Shown here: positions 47,818-60,933 of the stretch, in pieces | How positions within the stretch are numbered: position 1 is the first letter of the stretch | Layout: each line of letters starts with the position of its first letter | Source of the DNA: Phyllosticta citribraziliensis | Taxonomy: Eukaryota | Direction: 5' to 3' | Assembly: GCF_038025025.1 (NCBI RefSeq) | Contig: NW_027117341.1 | Span: 744,001-808,000, forward strand | Length of the DNA: 64,000 bases | Notes under the pieces: generated by a model | Told to the model about the DNA's origin: nothing | Database searches by the model: none | What the model saw: the letters and a program-made list of their open reading frames with translations, nothing else | Made by a program: the position numbers and the translations under genes

Positions 47818-50800
47818 TTATTGATCCTTTTTCCGCTCCTCTTCCTCCAACTCCTGCTTCTTGCGTGCTTCTTCTCTCGCAAGCTGGTCCGGCCGTCTTA
47901 TCGCAATGTCCTTGGGCCTGTAGTCGCTGAAAAAGTGCTTGAGCACCTTTTCGATGATCCAGCAGCCGGCATAGTCGATGACCATCAGCGCCGTCATTGT
48001 CATCTTGAAATCGGTCGTGAAGGGCACGAGGCGTAGCTTCTCGTTGATTTCTGGGATAAACTCGGTCGCGCACGAAAAGGCAACGAACGCGACACCAACA
48101 AGGCCGTAGTACATGCCCTTGTTTTCCTTGATCGATTCACGGAAAGGCCGTCCCTGGTAGTTGATGGCAAAAGTCGAGATCTGCTGGATCAGCTGGAGAA
48201 GATAGATGGCACTGTTGAGCAGAGATGGCTCAAACTCGCCCTCGAGGTCGACGTCGTCCTTCTTCCTACATGGCAGTTAGCATCGCAAACTTTCTTACTC
48301 CAAGGCAAAACTTACGGCTCGGTACGCTGGACATATCGGGAGATGTAAATGAGTGTGACAATGTGGATCGCAAATTGGCCGAGGACCGATCCAATAATGT
48401 AGACGTTGAAGATGTTGTGCTGCGGTCTTTCCTTCGACAAAGCCTCGACAGGCTTCGCCCGAGAAATGGACAAGAAGCATACGCTCATCATCATTCCACT
48501 AATGGTGACTTGGCCGTCGCCAAATTTGATTCCATCGAGGTAGAGCACACTCAAGCTGTAGGCGCTGATGAGGCAGTTCAGAGCAAGGATCTTGTACATC
48601 TGAATCGTCGCGACCAGGGTGCAACGTCCCTGTCTGATGATGTTCGGAATGGCAACCACGTTGGCAAGCTTGCTGGTAAACGGTGCAGCAACCGAGGCGT
48701 CTCCAAGCTTGATAGTCGGGGGCTCGCCGTCATCCAGTTCAGTCTCCATCATCGACATTTGAATCTTATCAGCAAAGCCTTGGGCCTTCTCGCGCGCTTG
48801 ACGTTCGCGAGCCTGCTTGGGCGTCTCGTTTTCCCTAATGACGGGTGCCGTCGCTTCAGGAGTGGCACCATTGCCAACAGCATCAGCAGCTCCGGTGATT
48901 CCTTTGCTGGCCTTCTTGTCGGCCTCACGCTTGATCGCCTTCTCGTAGTGGGGATTCGACGGACCGGGAGGGTACAGGTGAGCAATCATCGGCGGGACAG
49001 GGGGAACAGGCTGGTTGAAGCGCTGCATAATGGAAATCTGCTTCTCATACATTTCCTTCATCTTGCTGATGCGGAAGTGGTCGGCAATCTTGTCCAGGTC
49101 GTCGCGAGTGCCGTTGAGCAGCGCAACTCCAATGTGCGCCTGTTTCAAGGCACCAACATCGTTTGTGCCATCTCCGCACATGAGCGTGGTGTATCCAGCA
49201 TCCTTGAGACCCAAGAGAATATCCTCCTTTTGCTTCGGTGAGACGCGCGCGTAAACCCACGCGTGGCGGAGCAGCGCATGCCATGCCTTTTGGTCCTTGA
49301 ACTTTGCAAGAGCGTAGCCAGTCACACAAATGTCCTTGGTTTGGAGGATTTCCTTGGGAATGTCGCTGGTTGGGTCGGCTGGAATGTTGAACTTGTCATC
49401 GACGCTGCGCCAGACCAAGTGCTTTCCGGAATCGTCATTTTCGGGAGCGTCAAGAATGAGGCAGTCCCTGTCCACAATCTCAACTTGACGAGCGACGTGA
49501 ACAGCCGTCAAAGGATTGTCGCCGGTAATCATTACGACACGGTGGCTGCTCTCGTTGAGCATGCGCACGGCCTTGGCAGCGTCATCTTTGAGCGGGCATT
49601 GAAGAACCAAGAATCCAGCAAAGTGCAAGTCGCATTCGACTTCCTCGCGCTTCAAGTCGTTAATTCTCTTTTGGCTAATCTCGTCTTCGTTAGACAAGCG
49701 CTTGTAAGCCAGAGCAAGAACGCGACCTCCATTGCGAGTAAAGTACTTGAAAGTCTCCTCGTACTTGGGAGGCGTGTCCACGAGCATGTTGCGGATGGTC
49801 TCTGGCGCTCCCTTGACGCCGACAAAGGTATGCTTGGTCTTCTTGCCGGTTTTAGGGTTGGGACCAACGACAGTGGCGACAGAGCTCTGCCTCTTCAATG
49901 CTGAAGAAAACTGGAAGCGACGCTTGATTTGGACAAGATCGGCGTAGTTGGAGTGGTTAGACTTGTTGGTCAGGGTGTCGGCGCGGCCGAGGCTCCATCC
50001 AAGAGCTTGCACAGTGGCCTTCTCCATGGGTTCTCCAACAATGTCTCCTTCGTCAAGCTTCACAAGGGCGTGTGCGGTTGCAAGGACCAAGGTCGTGTCA
50101 GCTCCGACACGGTTGACGGGAACCAGTTGAGTTTGAGCACCATCCTCCTCGGCCTTCGCATCTGGTTGACCCAGGCGCAGTCCAGCAACACCGTCCACAA
50201 CCAAGTCCTCTCCAGTAAGAGTACCAGTCTTGTCAAAGCAGGCAACGTCTACGCGTCCGGCAAAGGGGATGCGGAAGGGCTCAGTGCAGTAGATAGCGTA
50301 CTTGCTCAGAGCAGCCAAGCTCGTGTTGACGGCCAAGCTCAGTTCCATGGGCAGTTCCGGAGGCACGACGCTCGTGATGATCAGGACACAGTCCAGGAGG
50401 AGCTTCGACCTCTTCCGATCCCTGGCAACTCCCTCCTCCCAGACGTACCAAGAGGCGGCAATGGCGAAGATGAGCAAGAACAGGATAAAGAAGAGCGCCT
50501 CCACATTGTTCGCAGACACCCTTTCGGTAGAGTAGATCATGGTTCTAACAAGACTGCCCTGGCTTGTCTCAAACCCAGTCTTGATGACAATAGCCATGGC
50601 ACCCTTATCGGGAGGTGGAGGAACACCCGAGGCGATTTGAGGAACAGTCTCGGGGGCATCCTCAGAGTTGTTGCCATGAGTAACTTGCAAAACTTTGGTA
50701 CCGCCGAAGAGAAAGGAGTTCTTGTCCAGACCATCAGGCTCGATGCGCGCGTTTGCCGGACGCAATTGGACAGAGTCCTTGAGAACGGGTGTGCTTTCTC

Positions 50801-51734
50801 CAGAGAGCATTGCTTCGTTGACAATTGCTGAACCCTCAACAAGGACCATGTCACAAGCAACACCGCTATCCTCTTTGGTCCTTTCAACCGACACGAGATC
50901 CCCAGGGAGCAGCTTGTCACTGGAAACTTGCTCCCATTTGTTCTCCCTGTGCACCCAGATGTCATACGGCTTGATGCTCATGCCTCGGAACTCATTGAGC
51001 GTCCTTTGCCTTTGCCAGACAACCGTGCTCTCAAAAGCCACCAGCATGAACAGCGTGAACAGCGAGTAGTACCAGTATTCGTCCAGCATCCAAAGTCCCA
51101 CGCAGAAAATCTGGAAAACGAAGAAGGGCGCAACGGCATGTTCTTTGAACAGTTCGGTAAAAGTCGGAACGGGGATATCGAAGGTATTGTCGCCGTAGTG
51201 CTGCTCGAGACGCTGAATTACGGCGGGAGATTCGAGGCCGCGCGACTGTTGGAATAAGCTAATCTCTGGCTTCGGCTCGGCGTCGAGCATGTACGACAGC
51301 GGCGCAAACGAGTCCTTTTCGACATTGTAGAGGAATCGACGCTTTTGGAAGAGGAACGAGATGTTTGGCTTTCCGCCAGCATTGTCGCGCTTCAAGGGAC
51401 AGATCTCGGCCGCGCCGGCGTTTGCCACAGGGTGTACTTTGATGAGGGTCGCGTTACGGATGCTGTTGGCCTTGGTCGTCGTGAACAAGCCCCTGAGGTC
51501 AACGCTCCAGTGTGTAGATAGCCAGAGGAGGGACTGGAAGGTGATGATGGTGCCCGACCACACAAAGGTCCATTCCGAGGATCCCAGATGCTTCTCGTAC
51601 TGAGTGGGGGATAGATAGATGCTGAAGAAGATGGGCCATGCGATGAGGAAGGGCCAGACGTAGGCGTGGAGAGCGAGCGGCAGCGGATTGTGCAGGCTGG
51701 CCGCCTTGATCTGGTCGTTATCGACGAGAGGCAT
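47818..51734 (-). CDS. SPF1: ER P5A-type ATPase (exons 51734-48316, 48265-47818)
   Basis: SGES, PPELPMEL (P5A signature), DKTGTLT phosphorylation site, KGAPE, TGDN, CGDGTNDVGALK, KLGDASVAAPFTSK. Confidence 0.97.
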
Positions 51735-52367
51735 CTTGGCCGGATGAAGAGGAAGAGGCCAGAGTGCTAGACAGCAGATTCAAGAAGTCGTGAGCTCGGG
51801 CTGCGGCGTGAAGGCGCGAGTCAGCGCGGCGGAATTTCATACGGCCGAGGTGCTTACCTGCACTGGGCTGCAGGGTTGCCAAGGTAGGTACATATACCTT
51901 GGAGACGCGCGCAACAACAGGCCAGCTCCAATTGAATGAGACGTGTCGAGTGCGCGGAAATTTGTTTTGATGGTAGGCTTGTGAAGCATCCAACTCAACA
52001 TGCCGCCCGTCGAAAATCTGGCACTGGACGGCTAGTGTCAGCCGAGGGGCCAAAGAACCGCCTTGCCTTTCCACTGGCTGGCTCATTGGGAATGACGCAA
52101 TTACACCCGTAGTTGTTGCACAGTATAGGCCCAGTGGTCATCAGCCAAAGGCATCTAGATGTGCAGCACCCATTTCCTACATTACGTGCCCGGGTACATG
52201 TAGGTGTTGAGCACCGCCGCAGCTGTGGCGCTGGCATGTGGCTCAATACTTCATGAGTCATGGTCTTTCACAAGGAAGCTCCAATCGTCGCAGTCACAAC
52301 TTCGGTTTGATAGCTACTCTCCTCCCTCCCCCTCTCTCTTGATCCAACACCCCAATTGCAATTCACC

Positions 52368-54368
52368 ATGGCGGACGCCCCTCCCCCCGGAAAGCCCGAG
52401 ATCTCCAAGCGCGCTGCCGAAAAGGCTCGTAAGAAGGCCGAGGCCGCTGCGAAGAAGGCTGCCTCAAAGGCCGAAGTAGCTTTGCGACCCAAGGCCGAGC
52501 CGTCCAAGTCCCCCGCCAACATCTTCGAGGAAGGCTGGCTCAAGCGAGTATACCAGGAGAAGCCCGTCAAAGAAGTGCGCACGCGATTTCCACCAGAGCC
52601 CAACGGATACCTTCACATTGGCCACGCCAAAGCCATTGCCGTCAACTTCGGTTTCGCCAAAAACTACAATGGCAACTGCATCTTGCGATTCGACGACACC
52701 AACCCAGCAAAAGAGGAGGAGAAATACTTTACCTCGATTAAAGAAATGGTGACATGGCTTGGCTTCACACCCCACAAGGTCACATACAGCAGCGATAACT
52801 TTGACACGCTCTATGAGCTGGCCGAGGACATGATCAAGAAGGACAAGGGCTACGTGTGCCATTGCACGAGTAAGAAGGCTACACAAACTTGAAGAGCCTG
52901 AAAGAGCAGTCACTTACAATTGGTGCAGGAGAGGAGGTCCAGCGCCAGAGGGGAGAAAAGGGCGGAGAACGCTTCGCGTGCTCGCACCGCGACAGACCAA
53001 TCGACGAGTCCTTGGCCGAATTCAGAGCCATGCGCGATGGCAAGTACAAGCCAGGCGAGGCCCACCTTCGCATGAAGCAGAGCCTTACAGACCCCAAGGA
53101 GGGTAACCCTCAGCTTTGGGATCTTGCTGCATACCGCATTGTCGAGAAGAACCACCACTACCGCACCGGCGACAAGTGGAAAATCTACCCGACGTACGAT
53201 TTCACCCACTGCATTTGCGACGCGCTCGAGGACATTACCCACTCCCTTTGTACCACTGAATTCCAGCAGTCTCGCATATCTTACGACTGGCTGCTTGAGA
53301 TTCTGGACATGAAGCTGCCCAAGTCAGAGGAGAAGGGTCCCATGCAGAGAGAGTGAGTATAGTCTTGACTCAAACAAGATCATTTCACTGACACTCGTGG
53401 GTAGATACGGTCGACTAAACGTCGAGGGCACAATCCTTTCCAAGCGCCGTATCGCGATGCTCGTGGAAGGTTGCGACGTGGAAAAGACCGAGGCAGATGG
53501 TACCGTGACCAAGACGAAGATTGCTCCTGCTGTTCGCGGATGGGATGACCCACGTCTGTTCACGCTGGTTGCCCTGAGGCGACGAGGAATACCAGCTCAG
53601 GCTCTCCTCAACTTTGTCCACGAGCTTGGTGTGACGGACGCTCTCACAAGCATTCAGGCAGTCAGACTGGACAATGCCGTGCGAAAGCATCTCGAGCGCA
53701 CTGTTCCTCGCCTCAGCCTCATTATTGACCCGATCAAGGTTGTCATCGAAGACCTCCCCGAAGACCACCAGGAGATTCTCTCTGTACCATTCGACCCGAA
53801 GAAGCCGGACGGCGACAAGCGAGATGTACCTTTATCGCGGACCGTCTTCATCGACCGCAGCGACTTCCGCGAAGAAGCCGACCCCAACTTCTTCCGCATG
53901 GCACCCAACCAGAGCGTCGGCCTTCTCAACGCCATCGTCATCCGCGCTCTCTCCTTCACCAAGGACTCTGCTGGCCGCGTCAACGAAATCCGCGCCGTCA
54001 AGGTCGAGGGCGAGAAACCCAAGGCCTTTATCCACTGGGTTGACGCCAAGCAAAACCACAAGGTCGTCGCGCGCCAGTACAACGCCCTGTTCAACGCGTC
54101 CGAACCCAACACGCTCGACTGGAAGACGGGTGGCTACGCCGCTAGCTTGAATCCCAACAGCGAAGTCATTTTCAAGGACGCCGTCATCGAAAAGGGCCTC
54201 GATGCCTTGACTGCCGGCCGCACGGGCAAGCCTAGCTTCGGTGGCTCTGACGACCTCGTCCGCTTCCAGGCCATGCGCACGGGTTACTTCTGCATTGACC
54301 CCGAGAAGGAGGATGAGAATGTTGTCCTTAACCAGATTGTCACGCTGAAGGAGGACAAGGACAAATAG
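52368..54368 (+). CDS. GLN4: Glutaminyl-tRNA synthetase, 3 exons (52368-52869, 52929-53352, 53405-54368)
   Basis: [18 protein letters not shown] (HIGH), [60 protein letters not shown]. Confidence 0.96.
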
Positions 54369-55095
54369 ACGAGGCCCTTGTATTGCGGTGTGGAGTTGAG
54401 GCGGAAAAAGTCGATCGTACGTGGGGGGCGTTTGTAGTGACAGCGAAAGGAGCATTGCGAGGGCGGAACAAGCCGAGGGCAGTTGTTTGGTGGAATGCGC
54501 AACTTCCGTTCCGTATGCAAGACAGACAGACAGACAGCACATGCCGTAGTCAAACACTTTCAGGGAAGAGAAACCCGCACCTTCACGAAAAGTCGCCATG
54601 GAACAAGAAGATGAATTCCGCTAATCGCACAATCGTAAGTGCTGACCATAACTAAAACCACCCATTTGACCAGCCTCGCATGCTTCGAGACTACTACCAT
54701 ACCTACCTACTGACCCACGACGACCGCCAAGGAAAAGAAACAATGCGTGGCAAGAACAAGCTCGGATATCAAGAAAACATGACAAATTTAAAAGAGAAGG
54801 AAGGAAGAGGAAGAAACAGATACCGTCCAGTGGCCAAGTGGTATTGTGCATGACCGCCGCTGCCACGGCTCACCCGTCATCAAAAGCCTCTTGATAGGTA
54901 TGCTGGCGTCCGGAGTTCAGCAGTCGTGCAGATCCAAAGCCTGATAGACGCGCCACCGAGAAGACAACATGAGCGCCGAACCGAATCCACCCGACCCAAT
55001 CTATCAAAACAAATCCCACCGGCATCCGTTGCAAGGGACACAGCACGAGTAGCCAGGCACTCCTTTCACGCTCACCACAAAATAAAAACCTCAAC

Positions 55096-57759
55096 TCAGC
55101 CCTCGACGAAGTCGACCTTTCTCAAAAACTCCCTCACGCGACCCACCTCAACGCCCTCGCCTGTCTCGCTCTCCACAGCCTTGACCAGGCCTTCAAGCAG
55201 CGTCTCAACCTGGTCTTCGGCGACGCCCGTGCACAGGCTGACGACTTTGCGGTACTGCGCCTCGATTTCGCCGTTCCGCGCCTTCAGTGTTGCCGATCGG
55301 GCACGCAGTTCGGCGTTGTTGACGTCGTAAGCGGCGAGGGCAGCGCGCAGGGTTTGCGGTGATGGGAGATTGAGAAGGGCCTGCTGCTGTGCAGGGCCAA
55401 AGGCGTGGAGGTCGATCTTGTCTGCGTCTTCGGGACCAACGTCCGGGGGCAGGTGGCCGGGCTGGACCAGGTCGAGCGGGACGTCGGCGTCGCCGGGGCG
55501 GAGCGTGTCCTTTTTGCGTACAATGTCGTCAACTGGCGTGGACGAGAGGCGTGAGATGCGATCGGCTTGTTCGGAAATGGCGTTGCGCAGATTGGTGATG
55601 CGCTGGTTTCGTTCGGTGCGGAGGCGCTGATGGCGTTGGAGGGAGGCAAGGTGTGTAGTCAAGTGACGTTGTTGTGTGGAGAGGGACTGAATGCTTGCGT
55701 TGGTGCGGTCGATGAGGTCTTGCTTGAGGCGGATTTCGGCGTTGAACTGTGACTCGGTTTGGGAGAGGAAGGAGGACATTGCTACAAGTGATTAGCAAAT
55801 TTGGAGGCCTAGATAAGCCTAGGCACATACCGGGCATCATTTCCCTACTCGTTTCCTCCACTCTGCTGGCCGGTCCTCTGCTTTTGCTAGGCGATCCAGC
55901 CTGATTCGGTGTTTGATGGTTGAGCTTTTCCGGATCTTCGCCGACACCAAAGTCAATAGGTCGCAGCCCTTTGTAGTTAGCAATTGTGGGATCCGCCTTG
56001 ACTTCGAGCAGCTGTTGGATGATGCTTCGGTTTCCAATCCGGGCCACGAGATTTAATGCAGTGTTGCCAGCCACGTCCCGAGCATTCACCATTTCCGACA
56101 TGAACCTCATAAGCCCGATAGGTTTTGAACTGCTCCCCTCAAACGATGGCTGGCTGTTCTGGCTTGTCGTGTTGCGGACGAGGAATTCGAGGAGAGCCTC
56201 GAGGTAATATTTACTCGAAGCAGCTCGGCCTTTGACCCCCGATGCGACAGCAATGTGGTGGAGAATGGTGCGTCCCTGATCATCGCGCACTTCGATAAGA
56301 GGCGCCAGAAGCTCAAGCAGTTCGGGGAAGCAGCTGTGGTCGAGACAATTGTTCACAGCTACTGCAGCCATTAGCGGGGTTTGACCAGCAGCGTTTCCTC
56401 GGAAAATGTTTGCGCCTTTGGATATCAGGAGACGCATGACGTTTACGCGGGCTAAGGTGGCTGCCCAATGGAGTGCCGTGTTGGCAGACTGATCCAAAGG
56501 TAGATCGAGGTCGGAGCCGGAAAGATGCACGATGGCCGGATGGCTTGAGAAGTCCGTTCTCGACTGGTTGTCCTGGAAGAGGTCCAGAAGCGCTGCTTGC
56601 TTCTCTTGCGATGTTGTGTCATTGGGCGGTGGTAAAGGTGGTAGGGCGGCGGGAGCGTCTCCGTCTCCGGTCGAATTCTGCTGGCCTGCTTGGTGGTACA
56701 CGAATGATTCGTTAGGTTCCGTCGGTGATCCATCTCGAATAGCTTCAACGTCACCGTTCCTCTGGGAGGGCGGCTCGTCTTGTCGTAACCTCTTGCGTGG
56801 AGGTTCCTGCCCATCTGGGCCTTGCTCACCATTGAATCCATGCGGCTGGGTAGCGTATGTAGAGTCGAGAGGGCCGGCAGTGCTAAAGCTTCGTTCTGAT
56901 CGCATGCTAGGAATGCTCTGCTGACTTTCGCCTCGGAACGAATCTTGGCTTGCGAAGCTCTGGCGTGGTGGAGGGTGTGCCATGGGCCTTCTTTGCGCGC
57001 TGCTGGGTCTCGGGGCTGGCGAGTTCATCCTGGCGACCTTGTTCATGGCAGCAATGGCGTTGGAGGCCGTGGTGGAAATATTTGAGAAGAAGGTGCCTCC
57101 GGCGCTTGGGTTGTTGCCTCGACCGTCCATGGTGCTTGCGTAGAAGCGCTTCCTGTTGGCAGCCATGGCCTGCTCCTTGGTCGGAGTATCGACCTCATGG
57201 CCTTGGGCACCACCATCCATGCCATAATCAAGCAGCGGCCTCAAGAGGTCCTCGACGCCGTACTGGCGACAAAACTCGCGGCCACGGCGATAATTGATCC
57301 ATGTCCCTTGGTACTTGCCATAGCCGCCTTGGACCTTCTCGTGCTCGCCCGTAAGGATTTCTTTCTCCAGCACCTTGGTACGCTTGCCCTTGTCGACGCC
57401 GGCAACTTTGAGGATCTGGGTGGCATTGAGCCAGGAGTCGGAGCGGCGCTTCATGACGGCGACGCTGTTTATTTCCATTTCGTAGACGTTGACGTTGGAG
57501 TAAACGGCCTGGCGCAGTTAGCTGAGGCACGCGTGCGAGTGCGAATGCGACTGGGCCTGGACACCCTCGCATGGGTACACACTGTATATATCTGGGGTGG
57601 GTGATCCATTGCATGGTGCGCGAGGCCATTCGCATCAGAAAAGCTTCTGGAGTAGCCGTTGCTTTGCTGCGACATGTTGTCGTAGCGGTGTCCGGACTGG
57701 CTGTGGCTCTGGCTGGCCCTGCCCTCGAATGAACCGAGTCCGGAGTTGGCAACCTGCAT
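55096..57759 (-). CDS. SWI6: APSES/KilA-N + ankyrin + coiled-coil MBF/SBF subunit, Swi6/Cdc10 type; 3 exons (introns 57582-57509 and ~55830-55782)
   Basis: IYT|AVYSNVNVYEM...WLNATQILKVAG...HEKVQGGYGKYQGTW; ankyrin repeats (NTALHWAA, GRTILHHIA, GNTALNLVARIGN); C-terminal YRKVVSLCTG...VREFL. Orthology to Swi6 rather than Mbp1 is from recalled motifs. Confidence 0.9.
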
Positions 57760-58035
57760 GGCAGGGCTTCGGGCGGGCACGGTGGGCGCAGAGGGGCGCA
57801 GAGGAGCGTTTGACGGACGAGCACAGTGAAGCAACGCAAGCAAGGTGAAGCTGAAGGGCGCAGACTGTCTGTCGGGTGGTGCAAGTCGTCGGTCTTGTCG
57901 GGCTCTCGGCGCGTGCAGCGGGAGTGAAGTGGAGAGGGAGCCGGGAACCGCGTCAAGCAGCTGGAGCGCGCACGACGGGAAAGCTTGGCTCCAGTCGTCA
58001 TCATCCTACCGTCCCTCAAGTCCTGCCTACATCTG

Positions 58036-59394
58036 ATGCCCCCTCCCTCGCGCGGAGACGCCGTCGCCTCGAGACGACTGCTGCGCGCATTGCTGAGAGA
58101 AGCCACCTATCTGCCCGATCCTGCCGCTCGCCAATTCGTCCGCCGACATGTGCTCTCCGCCTTCGACGACTACCGCATAAAGCCAACAAAGCCAGACTCG
58201 GAGCTCGACAGCCTCAACTTCTCCCCTGAGCGAATACGCGAGAAGTTCCGCCAGGCCCGCAAAGGTCTCAGCCTGTTGCGCCGCGCCAACGAAGGCGAAT
58301 TGCGACCTCTTGAGCGTATCTTGTCTTGGACGTATGGCCGCCACGGGCCTTACAGATATGAGCTGCTCAGAAAGCATTTGCTCGTCCCTGACGACCTCTA
58401 CGGCCAGCAAGCCGTCGAGCATCATTATGCCACACTCCAAAAAGGAGATGATCGGGTTGTACTGGACAATCTGCCTCGCGCCGTAGTCGAGATTCCTCGC
58501 AAGAAGCCCCTCGAAGCAGAAGAGCCTCGCGTCTTTGAAATATCTCCCCGCTACCCCAGGCTCAAGGGCTTTCTTGAAGCCACGGTCAGGAATTCACATC
58601 TGATTGTCTCCAGAAGTGCAAAGCTGAAGAAGACGAAATTCAGTGTGCCAGCTCGAAATACTTGGGAGCGCCCGATGCCTCACAAGCGCGTCCGTAATCA
58701 GGTCGAAGAATGGTACGCAACCGTTCTTGACAAGCTACAGCCGCCGCTCGCCGAGGAAGATTGGAACAGACTGCGAGGCTTGGTCTTGGGACAGATACCT
58801 TGGGAGGGCCTCAGACCGAGACGTCCAAGAGCTCTGGAAATGCAAGCACACTGGTCGCAGTACGACGTCGACAAACTAGTCCAGTATGGGTTTTCAGCTG
58901 GAGATTATCGACTAGATATGAGATTGAGGCAGATGCGATTGAATGAGGAGGGCCCAAAGGAAGCGAAGATTGCACGGCTTGTTCGAACTGCCGGTTCTTT
59001 TGTTACTCTCGACGATCAGTACCTTGGCGAAAGCACTCTACATCCTATCGCTTCAGAGAAACTTCTAAGACATCAGCTCGAGATTGAAAGGCTCCCGACA
59101 AAGATGCCCGGGGTGGATAGGGCAATCCGTATCACACCTCGTTCCATGAGGCGCTTGTGGGCCAAAATATTCGCTCAATGCCCTGTCATGTGGTACGATG
59201 CACAGAGGAAGAAGTGGAACGCCAAGTGGGGATTTTCCACGACTTGGGAGTCCGACCAAGCGTTCAAAGCAACGGCGGATGACCTTAGCCTCTTTGAAGG
59301 TGCCGAAAGTTTTGCAGCAGACAAGAAGAAGCGCACATCAAAGAGACGATCAGAAGACGTAGAAGTAGGAGGCAAATCACCGGCAGACGGCTAA
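58036..59394 (+). CDS. Fungal LYR-motif-like (Complex1_LYR-type) protein, probably mitochondrial
   Basis: N-terminal RRLLRALLREATYLPDPAARQFVRRHVLSAF, NTWERPMPHKRVRN, ITPRSMRRLW, CPVMWYD...W...WG; single exon, ~452 aa. Confidence 0.75.
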   Translation: MPPPSRGDAVASRRLLRALLREATYLPDPAARQFVRRHVLSAFDDYRIKPTKPDSELDSLNFSPERIREKFRQARKGLSLLRRANEGELRPLERILSWTYGRHGPYRYELLRKHLLVPDDLYGQQAVEHHYATLQKGDDRVVLDNLPRAVVEIPRKKPLEAEEPRVFEISPRYPRLKGFLEATVRNSHLIVSRSAKLKKTKFSVPARNTWERPMPHKRVRNQVEEWYATVLDKLQPPLAEEDWNRLRGLVLGQIPWEGLRPRRPRALEMQAHWSQYDVDKLVQYGFSAGDYRLDMRLRQMRLNEEGPKEAKIARLVRTAGSFVTLDDQYLGESTLHPIASEKLLRHQLEIERLPTKMPGVDRAIRITPRSMRRLWAKIFAQCPVMWYDAQRKKWNAKWGFSTTWESDQAFKATADDLSLFEGAESFAADKKKRTSKRRSEDVEVGGKSPADG

Positions 59395-59939
59395 AAGGTT
59401 TCCAAAGGAAGAGGCTTGGGAACGCTATTCTACGCACACAGCAAAAGTGAGACCGCCGGGGAGCTTTCAAGCCGCCTTCAAAGCTACTCTTCGGAAAGAG
59501 GCTCAGAAGCATGAAACTATCTATGAGGGACAGTCAGGGAGCAATCAAGCCCCAAATCGCGAACCCATGATTGCGTGTGCCACGATTTCTGCTACCAAGT
59601 CTCGGAGGCAAAAGAGACGACTACTGAAGGCTGCATGCCACGCAACCGCCCGAAAGAAACAGAGTCGCGAAACGATTCCCATACTAACTTTCAAAGCTGT
59701 CGCAAAGCGCGGAATCACGTTGGAGCGTGATCCTTGCCAACCATTCCAGATTAGCAATCGACATTTGACCGGCTCTCGTAGGGCGTGTGAGGTGGGGCCT
59801 ACTTCAACATCGCACTTGCACGAGCGGCGGCGCAGTCGGCGGGACGTCTGGAATACTAAGAACATAAAGCTGCGCTAACCCCAGCCCCCAAAGGTTGACC
59901 CCGCAACTTCAGCTCAGAATTCACTCCAACCAAAAAAAC

Positions 59940-60615
59940 ATGTCGGCCGAACCAATCATTCGCCTCGCCAGGCGCGAAGGTACGTAGTCCAAGCCAAAGC
60001 TACCCGTCGACACGTTTTCTCCGCCTTGACAACGGCAAATGCAAAGAGTCCAACTGTCGTGCGCTCACTAACACCAATGACTCGCACGCCGCAGACGTCC
60101 CCGAAATCCTCGCCATGATCAAAGAGCTGGCAATCTACGAAAACGCGCTGGACTCGGTACAAGCGACGGAGGATTCGCTGCTCGCAACGCTGTCATTCGC
60201 GTCCTCGGACGCCCCCACCACCACCACCACGACAACCGGATTCGCCAAGACGTTTCTGATCCTCGCGCCCGCCGCTGATGCCGCCGGCGGCGCACCGCAA
60301 GTAGCCGGCATGGCGCTCTTCTTCCACAACTACAGCACGTGGCGCGCGGCGCCGGGCATCTACCTCGAAGACCTGTTCGTGCGGCCGGCGTACCGCAAGC
60401 GTGGCTACGGCAAGCTGCTGCTGCGCGCGCTGGCGGGCGAGCTGATGCGCGTCAATGGCGGCCGCCTCGAGTGGAGCTGCTTGAAGTGGAATGAGAGTGC
60501 GCTGGGCTTTTACAAGAGCTTGGGTGCGCAGCGGATGGATGAGTGGGTGGGGCTGCGCGTTGAGGGGGACGCGGTAAAGAGGTTGGCCGAGGGCAGGGAG
60601 GGCGAGGCGAGTTGA
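59940..60615 (+). CDS. GNAT N-acetyltransferase, diamine acetyltransferase (Ats1/SSAT-like); intron 59980-60094
   Basis: IRLARREDVPEILAMIKELAIYE, FHNYSTW, IYLEDLFVRPAYRKRGYGK (acetyl-CoA motif A), RLEWSCLKWNESALGFY. Confidence 0.93.
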
Positions 60616-60933
60616 TGGTCTGGTTCGTCTGAAAATCACAGTAGCGAGAGAAACGATTCATCAAAGACATTTCATTGTTGACGCTATACGAACGTCCAAA
60701 AACTCAATGGCGCTATGTAGGACGAGCGCGGCGTGCGTCTGGTGGTCGGGAGGTCGAATGTTGAAAAAACGAAGAAGAGAATGAAAGTTTAAGGTAATGC
60801 CATGCGTGCGTATGTCACCAAGCCGAATACTTCCCCTCTTCAAAGCAAAAGCCAAACAATAAAACCAAAGGTGGAGAAGCTCTCCAGTTCAAGTCCCTCA
60901 TCCAGTCGTCATTCGCGCGCTTGGGCCTTCGAT

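Noticed and set aside
48225..50831. Long antisense ORFs (338, 213, 300 aa) opposite SPF1, and similar ones opposite ERG5, the S53 peptidase and GlnRS
   Set aside because: Expected shadow ORFs from codon bias on the coding strand
52368..52600. GlnRS lacks the long yeast/animal N-terminal tRNA-binding appendage
   Set aside because: To my recollection short GlnRS is usual in filamentous ascomycetes, so not treated as novel
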